This document shows positions 29,650 through 37,487 of a DNA stretch of 64,000 nucleotides, one piece after another. A program made the translations under genes and the position numbers. How positions within the stretch are numbered: the stretch's first letter is position 1; each line of letters starts with the position of its first letter. The stretch spans positions 20,501-84,500 of the forward strand of contig JACQSY010000016.1 in the NCBI GenBank assembly GCA_016211085.1. Direction: 5' to 3'. The stretch comes from Acidobacteriota bacterium (GTDB lineage: Bacteria > Acidobacteriota > UBA6911 > RPQK01 > JACQSY01). The notes beneath the pieces are model-generated. The model did not search any database, was not told the origin of the DNA, and saw only the letters and a list, made by a program, of their open reading frames with translations.

Positions 29650-30941
29650 TCCCCCTTTCCAAATTTGTCCATTTTTTGGTTTTCCCAGGTCCCGCACACG
29701 CCGAGACCCAGGCCTTTTTCCCCCAGGTAGTCGGAACGGCAGCGGTTTTGCAGTGCCGCCTGAAGCTTGAGGGTTTCTGCCTCGCTGTCGGTCTCAAAGT
29801 AGAAAACGGACCCAGCGGGTACGGCGAGGAAGGTAGGGCGGCCGCCACCTTTATTCTTTTTCTCATCGACCTCGGTTTCCTCCCGCAGCAATTCCCATCC
29901 GCTCATAACTCTTGGTTTGCCAATACAGGCAGCAACCAACCGAGCGCGGATCCTTTGAGCAGGATCGCTTGCTTCGTCGTATTGCCACCCCGCATCACGG
30001 CGTTGCCGTCGAAGAGCCCGGCGCGCATCCTTGTCGATGACGCGCAGCATGACCCTGCCGTCAGTTCCAATCCATCCCGGGTACCACCCATGGCTAAAAA
30101 TTGCCGGTATGACGAGCATCCATTTCAGATATTGGGTCGCAAGCTCAACCCTGGGTAGAACGAGATCTTCCGACACCCCTGCGATTCGTCCGAAACGCTG
30201 TTCGCCGCCAAGCTGCAAAATAGTACCGTCCAAGGAGTCCAACGTGACCCCGGCCTCCTTCATGTGGTCGGTCTTGTGGGCTGGTCGTTCGGCAACGGCA
30301 AACCGAAGCGACACTTTGTCGGCAAGCCGCAGATGTTCGGTCCCGTAAAGCTGACCCGGGACGGCTCCATGAGTCGCCGGGTTGATGGCGACTCCAATTC
30401 GGTGCTCGCGCCTCCAGAGAACATTCTCTATGGCAGGGATCGCATCTCCCGTTAAGTACTGTTGGAGCAAACCTGATGAAATCCAGTCCGGCTGTGGCTC
30501 TTTTGAAGGCTCCTCGAAAGAAGCAGGGATTTGCTGCAGAAAGCCACCTTGCAGGTTATCTAGGAATTCGCTTCCCTTCCCCTTTGGGCGCTCAATCAGC
30601 CGGAGAAACTCAAAGTCCCTACTTTTACTTTTCACCAGATCGCGCGGCGCTGGGAAAAAGAGCTCCTTGGCGTCTCGGACGGGAAATGGGCCGTGAAGGT
30701 GCAACCAGTCAAAAGCGGTTGTGCCCAACTTGCCGGGAACCCTCCCGTTTCGTGGAGTCTTGTCTTTATCTTTCTTGAGTGGAAGACAGTCCGCGTTCCG
30801 GAGGAGCGCGGTTCTCAATGCCCCGTGCAGCACGGTGGGCAGAGGCCAATTTGCTCCACGCCCGTAAACATTGCCCGCCGCAATAGGTCGGGCGTCTCGA
30901 ACGAATAGGGTATCGTTCGGCTTGAAATCAAATGTCTTCAC
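29646..30941 (-). CDS. cmr3: type III-B Cmr3 (Cas5-like)
   Basis: 431 aa. MKTFDFKPNDTLFVRDARPI...WPLPTVLHGALRTALL is the Cmr3 start pattern. The GTG start lies behind AAAGGAGGTGA. Confidence 0.88.
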   Translation of the reverse strand: MKTFDFKPNDTLFVRDARPIAAGNVYGRGANWPLPTVLHGALRTALLRNADCLPLKKDKDKTPRNGRVPGKLGTTAFDWLHLHGPFPVRDAKELFFPAPRDLVKSKSRDFEFLRLIERPKGKGSEFLDNLQGGFLQQIPASFEEPSKEPQPDWISSGLLQQYLTGDAIPAIENVLWRREHRIGVAINPATHGAVPGQLYGTEHLRLADKVSLRFAVAERPAHKTDHMKEAGVTLDSLDGTILQLGGEQRFGRIAGVSEDLVLPRVELATQYLKWMLVIPAIFSHGWYPGWIGTDGRVMLRVIDKDARRALRRQRRDAGWQYDEASDPAQRIRARLVAACIGKPRVMSGWELLREETEVDEKKNKGGGRPTFLAVPAGSVFYFETDSEAETLKLQAALQNRCRSDYLGEKGLGLGVCGTWENQKMDKFGKGE

Positions 30942-31312
30942 CTGTCACCTCCTTTTCGAATGAAACTGGCTGTCATCAATGGGCCGAGAAAGTCATCCAT
31001 GGAGCGTTTCTGTTGACAGCAAGTGTTGAGGTAACTGATCACTCGATCCTGCAACACTTTCTTTGTTTCCTGAAGCTCTGGGTATCCCGGATCGTGTGTC
31101 TGGAGCTTTTTGGAATGCCGATCCAGGGCATATTTGAATTCCTGCTCGATGATCTCCTGGGCCGGCCATCCCGCCGCGCCGAGTCGAAACGACTGCCCGC
31201 TTGAAGCAAGAGAGACCATTGGCTTCCGCACGTAGGGCTGAAGAACAGCCTGAAAGGCGTAGGGAAACCTCTCTCCGAGAGCATCTTCTGTTCGAGAGCA
31301 CTCTGGACCACT
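30938..31312 (-). pseudogene. cas10: cas10 C-terminal segment, readable only in the -1 frame relative to the main cas10 ORF
   Basis: This frame is open from 31312 down to TGA 30938-30940: ...DALGERFPYAFQAVLQPYVRKPMVSLASSGQSFRLGAAGWPAQEIIEQEFKYALDRHSKKL... Its stop overlaps the cmr3 GTG (GTGA) and it contains the cmr3 SD, as at the other junctions of the operon. Past ~31265 the main frame turns into low-complexity text and stops at 31039, leaving a 97-nt gap. Confidence 0.6.
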
Positions 31313-33945
31313 TCAAAGAGTTCGACGGCCCCTCCCTCCCACTTGGCCCCCCACTGCAGCACTTCACCGGATCGTTTCGCGAGATTCACCGCAAAGGCTG
31401 CCTTCCCGTAACCGTCTTCCCCCTTCGCCTTTTTCCCCGCCTCTCGAGCGGCAGCGATCAGTGCTTGCAGGGGTGTGTGCATGTGGCCCATCGCGATGCC
31501 AGCCGAGATCTCCGCATTGCGCCCCGGGACGACCAGGGGATAGCCTCGGGGGAGGTGCTTCTTCTCGAAACGGGACCACCCGTCCCACCCGCCATTCAGT
31601 GCCACGAAGCCCCAGTCCAGCGCCAAACCCTGCTCGTTCTCCTTCTGCAATACGCCGGGAAACACGTCGCGTAGACCTAAACCAGGGTCGCCAGGGTCGC
31701 CTCGAAAGGCCATGCGAAGAGCCGACGCGCAGGCAAATGCACTCCGGGCCGGCAACATCGCCAGGACGTCATCACCGCCTGCATAGATCAGTTGGCCGTT
31801 AAACCAATCAATAATTGGAGCAACTAGAAAGACGGCAAAGTTGCTGAGTGCCTCGCTGAATTGCAGGTGGTAACTCGGAGAGACATGCCTGGGCGCAGTC
31901 AGAAGAGGACGGAGCAAATCATTTCCATCGAAATATTTCCTTGCACTCTCAGCCAGCTGGCCGCCAAGTGGGGGCGTCTTCCCCCCGGACAGCCACTTTC
32001 CCATCGAGTCTCCGTCCATGGCCAGGACGGCGACGTAGCGCAAGGGTTTATCAATCTGTTTGTGCAGCTCTCGGAGTGCGTCCCGCGCTTTGCCTAGTCT
32101 GCGCAGGTTATCCTCATTGGCAAGCTCCGCGTTTCTAACGTCTCGAATCTGTCTTTCCCATTCGACGTCGTGAAAGGCGGCCGCGTCAGTTGTGTCCAGC
32201 CAATCGGCAAGACTACTTCCGAGGAGCCGGATGGCGGGAAAAAGATCGCTCGCGGCTGAGGCTGCATCAGCAAAGCGCCTGGCAAGCTCGTCGACTGCGG
32301 GTTCCTTGATGTTTTCCCTGAGTTTTTGAACCCACACACTCGCTGCGATCGCGGGAATGGAGTCAAACTGTACTCTTCTCCGCTTGAGCCCCCACGTTTT
32401 ATCCAGATACGCCAGATGCCAGATCCGCTTGATGAGGTTGAGCGCGCCCAATCGTTCCTTTTCATCGAAGAGAAACTTCGTCTTCAGTTTAGCCAGCCCC
32501 TTTTGCCATTCCTCACTTCCAATGACTTCTTCCTTCCCGGAGAACATGTCCTTGACAGCCCCCCTCCGGCTTTCGAACGAGCCCAATGCCCAGGGAGCGA
32601 AGTCCCGGGTATTTTTCCGGCCAGCCAAATAAAACTCCGTCAGGGCGTAATGAGCCGCCCAGGCGAATCCCGGGTTATCAATTACTGGAAAACCTTGCTC
32701 GTCAGGGATTATTTCGGAAAGCCATTGCCCACTCTCGGGATCCTGCCAAGCCCGATGTTTGTAGTTTCTGGCATCGAGATCGCTTTTGGGGATTCCTTCG
32801 CAGGCCGCCTTCACTCGGTGGCTGAGTGCATCTGCGGGCGGAATACGAGGCTCGTCGGAGAATTTCCCTGCTGAAGGGATCTGATGAAACAGGGATATGC
32901 TGGCATTTAGATCTTTCCACTCCCAAATCTGCCAATAGAACTGAAGAAACTGATCCAGTTGCTGACGCCATCGGTCCAATGCCTCAGTTTCAAGCGCGTG
33001 TCCTTTCTCTTCAAACCAATCGAGGCAGGTCGAACCGATGCGCTTCAGCTCTTCTAAGATCGCGCACCTGACCGAAGCTGCAAGCCCCCGAGCTCGGTCG
33101 GCATGCACAAGAGCGAGAAAACGGTTAGGGAAGTTGGGGGTAAGAATCTGCTCATCCTTAGGACGAATCTCTGACCACACGCTCTCGCCAAAAAACTCCT
33201 TATGCAGGAAATCAAAAAGTGGTCGCCTCCAGAGAGAAGGGAAAAGAACGGAGTCGGGACCCTCGCGATCGGCAATCTCTTTGAGTCCATGACACATCAG
33301 CCAGCTGAGCAGGTAACTGCCGCTCCAGCAGTCGCGAGTGGTGCGGGCCTGTTCAATGAAATCCTGCACGGGTCCGATTTCAAAAAGCAGGAAGGCAGGC
33401 TTCAATTCGCTGTCGTGTTGCCCCGTTTCATCCATTGCACACGCCTGAAGTGCACTGACGAGACTGCAGTGGGTCCAGATCGTGTGATCCGGAATGCGGG
33501 TATCCGCCGGCAGGAAAGCGAGGTGCGGGTCGGACTCTGCACAATACTGCGGCCAAAGGCGCCAGTGAAGAAAGAAATTCCGCTGGTAATCCTCGTCACG
33601 ACCCAGCATCTGCTGGTGTTTTGCCACCTTGTCTTCGGCATCGGCTTCACTGGCGATAGGTTGTGAGATCCGGAAGCGTCCCCCGCCCAGTGGATGGTGG
33701 AATATCTGCGTGTCGCTCCACTTGACGGCTAGGGCGCGCGGATTCGGAAACGCGATGCGATCTGCGCAGGCGGCCATTCTGTCCGCCTCCTTGTTCATCC
33801 GGCGGTTTGCCAGTTCCTCGGAGAGACCGGCCTGGGCGATCAACCCTTTTGCGATTTCCCAGTGTTCTCGGAGCGAATAAGGTTTATTCGGCGGATCATG
33901 TAAGAACGCCAGCAGTTTTCGTTTCCAGAAATCGGGGTTATTCAT
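31039..33945 (-). CDS. cas10: Cas10/Cmr2, type III-B large subunit (main frame; 3' end apparently frameshifted)
   Basis: N-terminal Cmr2 HD-type region (MNNPDFWKRKLLAFLHDPPNKP...HHPL...PADTRIPDHTIWTH). Cyclase/palm motif IYAGGDDVLAMLPA. Start at ATG 33945 behind AAGGAG (track ORF starts at 33987). Confidence 0.9.
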   Translation of the reverse strand: MNNPDFWKRKLLAFLHDPPNKPYSLREHWEIAKGLIAQAGLSEELANRRMNKEADRMAACADRIAFPNPRALAVKWSDTQIFHHPLGGGRFRISQPIASEADAEDKVAKHQQMLGRDEDYQRNFFLHWRLWPQYCAESDPHLAFLPADTRIPDHTIWTHCSLVSALQACAMDETGQHDSELKPAFLLFEIGPVQDFIEQARTTRDCWSGSYLLSWLMCHGLKEIADREGPDSVLFPSLWRRPLFDFLHKEFFGESVWSEIRPKDEQILTPNFPNRFLALVHADRARGLAASVRCAILEELKRIGSTCLDWFEEKGHALETEALDRWRQQLDQFLQFYWQIWEWKDLNASISLFHQIPSAGKFSDEPRIPPADALSHRVKAACEGIPKSDLDARNYKHRAWQDPESGQWLSEIIPDEQGFPVIDNPGFAWAAHYALTEFYLAGRKNTRDFAPWALGSFESRRGAVKDMFSGKEEVIGSEEWQKGLAKLKTKFLFDEKERLGALNLIKRIWHLAYLDKTWGLKRRRVQFDSIPAIAASVWVQKLRENIKEPAVDELARRFADAASAASDLFPAIRLLGSSLADWLDTTDAAAFHDVEWERQIRDVRNAELANEDNLRRLGKARDALRELHKQIDKPLRYVAVLAMDGDSMGKWLSGGKTPPLGGQLAESARKYFDGNDLLRPLLTAPRHVSPSYHLQFSEALSNFAVFLVAPIIDWFNGQLIYAGGDDVLAMLPARSAFACASALRMAFRGDPGDPGLGLRDVFPGVLQKENEQGLALDWGFVALNGGWDGWSRFEKKHLPRGYPLVVPGRNAEISAGIAMGHMHTPLQALIAAAREAGKKAKGEDGYGKAAFAVNLAKRSGEVLQWGAKWEGGAVELFEVVQSALEQKMLSERGFPTPFRLFFSPTCGSQWSLLLQAGSRFDSARRDGRPRRSSSRNSNMPWIGIPKSSRHTIRDTQSFRKQRKCCRIE

Positions 33946-34138
33946 CGGGTGCGTTCTCCTTTCGTTTCCTTTGCGGCTTCGCTCCAACCTCCCGACCTGC
34001 CCCGACGGGCGGCAAAGGTGGGTGACCAGCCCAGATGCCGGTCACGCCCACCTGGGGAGGACCGCCGCTCTCTGGCCCAGCGCTGGGTGGCCGGAGATGA
34101 TCCGATCTTAGCCGCCTTCGAAAACGGACGCTGGGTTT

Positions 34139-34158
34139 CTGACGTCCGCGGACGTCAG
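34139..34158. promoter_or_regulatory. perfect 20-bp palindrome CTGACGTCCGCGGACGTCAG (hairpin/operator candidate)
   Basis: Self-complementary over all 20 nt. It includes the TGA stop (34155-34157) of the CARF-wHTH gene and lies ~195 nt upstream of the cas10 ATG. A T-run follows it only on the plus strand. Confidence 0.4.
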
Positions 34159-35279
34159 GCTTTTTGCACGATTCGGAGCCGCTGCGCCGGAAAGCGCGGC
34201 AAATCCCCCTTCTTGAGATCGGGAAGCAGATCATTGACCCAGGACGGATCGTCGCCGGTCTTCCCCAGCTTGGCTCTCAGCGAGGAAGCCCACTTTCTCA
34301 CGTCGGATTTAACATCCAGGCGACGGTCCTTAAACTGGCAGAGCCACTCCGGATCGTTTCTTCGGTCCAATTCCTTTTGTCGGAGGGAATCGAGTTCTTG
34401 GCCTATTTCATGCCACGAGGACCACGGTCGGCCCGCTTTCAGCCGTCTCGCCACTATAAGCAGAAGCGCAAACTCGGCCTTCGTGACCTTGACCTGGCGG
34501 CCATCGATTTCAACGGTGGCCCTGGACTCATCGAGTATGACCTCCGGCATTTGCCTTTCGCCCAAAATCCCTTGGACCTGGTCGACGAGTGTGGAAAAGG
34601 AAGGGGGCAGATTTCTGAAGCGATCCCGATACAGCTGCCGGAGACGCACAAAAGGCACGTCGACCAGCTCGATTCGGGCGTCGACGGACCGAACTGCTAC
34701 GCCTGAATCCGGAATACGGTGAGTCATGCCCGGTTCGGGAAAGAGAAAAGGAGGCCTTAAATTTGGCGAGTCGTAGGGAGGATTGACGAGAACATGGCAC
34801 AAGAGGTCAACATGCGGCCTGGCCAGCAAAGTCATGCACGACGTCAGGAGGGCTGACATCGTCTTACGCCCGCCTGCCAGCGAGGCAATGAGCCGCGTCT
34901 CGGGATCCTCCGTATACCCGCGCAGGACGCGGAGAATAAAGTCCCCGGCCGCCCGGCTGTCGTGCGAACTCACTAAGTCTTCCAGTTCGCCGGTTTCGTC
35001 AGGCCTGGAAAAGACGCGAATGGAGTTGTTCGACGGGCCGAACCTGAGACGATTCTTAACCCCGAAGCCCTGGGAGGCCAAGTGCTTCAACAGCCGATTC
35101 CATCCTCCCTGATGAAAGAGCTTAGTACGGATCGCCTCCCTGCCGCTGGTCGTCGTGAGAACCAGCACCTCTTCGGGAATCAGCCGCCGTTCGACCGCAA
35201 GAGCCCAGACTGTCTCGGTGAGGATGGCCGGAGAGATTCCCATCACGGCCAGAAGCGTAGTCCTGTACGATTGAGCCAC
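34155..35279 (-). CDS. CARF-domain protein (NE0113/TIGR02584-like) fused to a winged-helix-like C-terminal domain; putative cOA-responsive regulator and/or ring nuclease
   Basis: GTG start. N-terminus TTLLAVMGISPAILTETVWAL plus LAGGRKTMSALLTS are the hallmark strands of this CARF family. The C-terminal ILDESRATVEIDGRQVKVTKAEFALLLIVARRLKAG resembles the OmpR/PhoB trans_reg_C wHTH. Confidence 0.7.
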   Translation of the reverse strand: MAQSYRTTLLAVMGISPAILTETVWALAVERRLIPEEVLVLTTTSGREAIRTKLFHQGGWNRLLKHLASQGFGVKNRLRFGPSNNSIRVFSRPDETGELEDLVSSHDSRAAGDFILRVLRGYTEDPETRLIASLAGGRKTMSALLTSCMTLLARPHVDLLCHVLVNPPYDSPNLRPPFLFPEPGMTHRIPDSGVAVRSVDARIELVDVPFVRLRQLYRDRFRNLPPSFSTLVDQVQGILGERQMPEVILDESRATVEIDGRQVKVTKAEFALLLIVARRLKAGRPWSSWHEIGQELDSLRQKELDRRNDPEWLCQFKDRRLDVKSDVRKWASSLRAKLGKTGDDPSWVNDLLPDLKKGDLPRFPAQRLRIVQKA

Positions 35280-35513
35280 GGGTTTACGTCCCCGTTTTCA
35301 AGTGTCCTATCACCGAGCCGTCGCAATTGCGCCCGAGAGGAAGCATTATGAGGCGCTGGACTTCGTGATCTGCAAGTTTACCTCGGGGATCAGATGGTCG
35401 ATCTCCAAGCGCCTTTGCAATTTCTGAACGAGCCTAACCGTGACTGCCTAGTTTCGCAAGCTCATCCAAGTATGCCGCAACTTCGGCAGATGTGCTAGGA
35501 TCGACCGCCTCGA

Positions 35514-35571
35514 CTTGAAAACCGCTGTACCCTGACGGGTACCGTGGGTTCGAATCCTACCTCCTCCGCCA
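35514..35571 (+). pseudogene. displaced tRNA-Ser 3' half (anticodon loop to CCA), attR-like
   Basis: CTTGAAAACCG (matches 21094-21104), an 18-nt different but self-pairing variable arm (GTACCC-TGAC-GGGTAC), then 28 nt identical to the tRNA T arm, acceptor and CCA. It has the same 58-nt length as the corresponding tRNA segment. No 5' half is present. Confidence 0.75.
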
Positions 35572-35572
35572 A
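35543..35572 (+). repeat. 30-bp direct repeat, right copy (attR-like)
   Basis: Identical to 21123-21152. Confidence 0.75.
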
Positions 35573-35638
35573 AATGAAATGGGTGCCCGTTCCCGAAGAA
35601 CCAGAAGTTTTGACTGCCGCTTGTTTAGCACCAGAAAT

Positions 35639-37246
35639 TCACGCGGCTGCCGTATCGCTGTTGTGTTTTATCACTGGAACTTCTTGAGCGGGAAACGGAG
35701 CCCCGTCCCTCTTGGAGTGTCGCCGAGAGCGACGGGCGCGGGCGTGTCGAAGCGCTTCAAAGCAAAGTGAGCACAACATGCGGCGATTCCTCCACAAGAG
35801 GAAAAGCCATTGTCGCGGGCGTATCTGGGGAAAGTAAATGCCGCGAAAAGCGAGACGGGCAAAAAACATCACGGCGCGCTCGTGAAAAGGACGCTCTGAA
35901 ATGCGCCGCAAGGCTTCTTCATTGGCTTGGGGACTGTAGGATCGGGTCCAAGCCTCGCGCACTTCCGCTTCGGCTCCCGTGATGCTGATCTTCTCCGGCG
36001 TAAACGCCATGCGGAACGGATGGAAATCAAGCCAGTGCTGAGGCCTGGTTAAACGCCCTGCTTTCAGCAGGCGGTCGTAAAGCGGAGTGGCCGGATAAGG
36101 AGTCATCAGGCCAAAGACAGGTAAACCCGGTGGCCACGTCTTTATTACTTCCCCGGTGCGCCTGGCTACCCCGGTCGTATCGCCGTCCATCCCGAAAATG
36201 AAAGAGGTGATCGCGTAAATGCCACGCTGTGCGAGCCGATCAAGCGCAAGTTTGTAGTCTGCAGGCTTATTAAAACTTTTACGCACACTGCTAAGATTGG
36301 CGGCGTCGACCGATTCAAGTCCGACAAAAATCCATCGTCCGCCGCTTGCCGCGATCAGATCGAGGAGTTCCTCGTCTTTTAAAAGGTTAATGCTGATCTG
36401 TGCCACCCAGGGTAGTACCGCATCATGAGCGATAATATCGCACAGAAGAGATTTCGTGCGCTTCACATTGATGGCGAAATTATCATCAATGAAAAACGCG
36501 GCGACCGTCCCGCTCTCCTTTCGACCCCTTTGCTTGAGGCGGAGCAGTTCATCCACCACGCTTTGATTGGATCGGAACCGGATGGCATCACCAAAAAAGC
36601 CTGTTACCGTACAGAAATCACAGCCGTAAGGACACCCTCTTCCGGATTCCACAGGAACTACATACAGACTGTTCCAGTGAGATGTTTTCTGCTTGAGAAC
36701 TGTGCGGATCGGACCGGGGAGTTTGCGGATGAGATTGAATTGTTCAAGATCGATCGAGTCCCAGGGAATGACGGGGTAGTCTCTGAGGCTGGGCTTCACC
36801 TCCCGACCGTTGTCGTCCGTCGGCTGATAAATTTCCTGCAGATTTCCCGCCGCGGCATCCGCCACAATCCGCGGCCAGGTATAGTCGGCTTCACCGATTG
36901 CAATGACATCAGCGTGACGCGGCTCCCCACTGCGGCCCAGCGGCTCGTCCGGCACCTCGGTCACGTGCGGACCGCCGAAGACGACCTTCGTGCGAACCGA
37001 TCGGACCGCATCAGCCATTCGATAAGCTCGCGCAGCCATGCGGGTCATTGCACTCATTCCGACGAGTCGAATGTCTTGGACACGGACAAACTGGGCCAGT
37101 TCATCTTCCGTCATGGGCTGAGCATTTCCATCAATCAAGAACACTTCGTGTTCGACCGGCGTGAGGGCCTTCAGTAAGAACATCCAAAGATGCGGCATGA
37201 AATTGCGTGTGACGCCGTTATCCGGGCTGTAAAGCAGAATATTCAT
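35639..37246 (-). CDS. B12-binding domain-containing radical SAM protein
   Basis: N-terminal cobalamin-binding-like domain (MNILLYSPDNG...) and radical-SAM motif GRGCPYGCDFCTV. Start at the internal ATG 37246. Confidence 0.85.
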   Translation of the reverse strand: MNILLYSPDNGVTRNFMPHLWMFLLKALTPVEHEVFLIDGNAQPMTEDELAQFVRVQDIRLVGMSAMTRMAARAYRMADAVRSVRTKVVFGGPHVTEVPDEPLGRSGEPRHADVIAIGEADYTWPRIVADAAAGNLQEIYQPTDDNGREVKPSLRDYPVIPWDSIDLEQFNLIRKLPGPIRTVLKQKTSHWNSLYVVPVESGRGCPYGCDFCTVTGFFGDAIRFRSNQSVVDELLRLKQRGRKESGTVAAFFIDDNFAINVKRTKSLLCDIIAHDAVLPWVAQISINLLKDEELLDLIAASGGRWIFVGLESVDAANLSSVRKSFNKPADYKLALDRLAQRGIYAITSFIFGMDGDTTGVARRTGEVIKTWPPGLPVFGLMTPYPATPLYDRLLKAGRLTRPQHWLDFHPFRMAFTPEKISITGAEAEVREAWTRSYSPQANEEALRRISERPFHERAVMFFARLAFRGIYFPQIRPRQWLFLLWRNRRMLCSLCFEALRHARARRSRRHSKRDGAPFPAQEVPVIKHNSDTAAA

Positions 37247-37487
37247 AATCGTTTCCTTTGTTCTGGGAAAATGCCGGATTGCGGGGCAGGACAAGTACCG
37301 TCCGGCCCGGACGTGATTCCCGGATACAATCCAGAATCAATTAGGCGCCAAGAGCCAAGCAAGTCTAAATGATGCTGAAAGGATCACACGAGTCTACGTC
37401 GGCCGTGATCCTGGACGCAAGAGAATTGAGAGTCGACCTGCGGGTCCCACCTCTGCACCGATTTCTACTTGTCTTATTTCACAGGGC

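Larger units (their letters stand above)
21152..35513. mobile_element. putative tRNA-Ser-integrated genomic island carrying only a type III-B CRISPR-Cas system (no integrase ORF seen)
   Basis: Bounded by the intact tRNA-Ser and a same-orientation 58-nt copy of its 3' half. The content is the CRISPR array plus 11 cas/accessory genes. The flanking genes are core metabolism. Confidence 0.55.

Noticed and set aside
35330-35542. Minus-strand peptide fragments next to the tRNA half (...FQVEAVDPSTSAEVAAYLDELAKLGSHG* and, in another frame, VRLVQKLQRRLEIDHLIPEVNLQITKSSAS*), considered as a decayed integrase or accessory gene.
   Set aside because: There is no start codon, the fragments are interrupted by stops and a frame change, they are under 45 codons each, and I can name no recognisable recombinase motif. 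A sensitive profile search would be needed.
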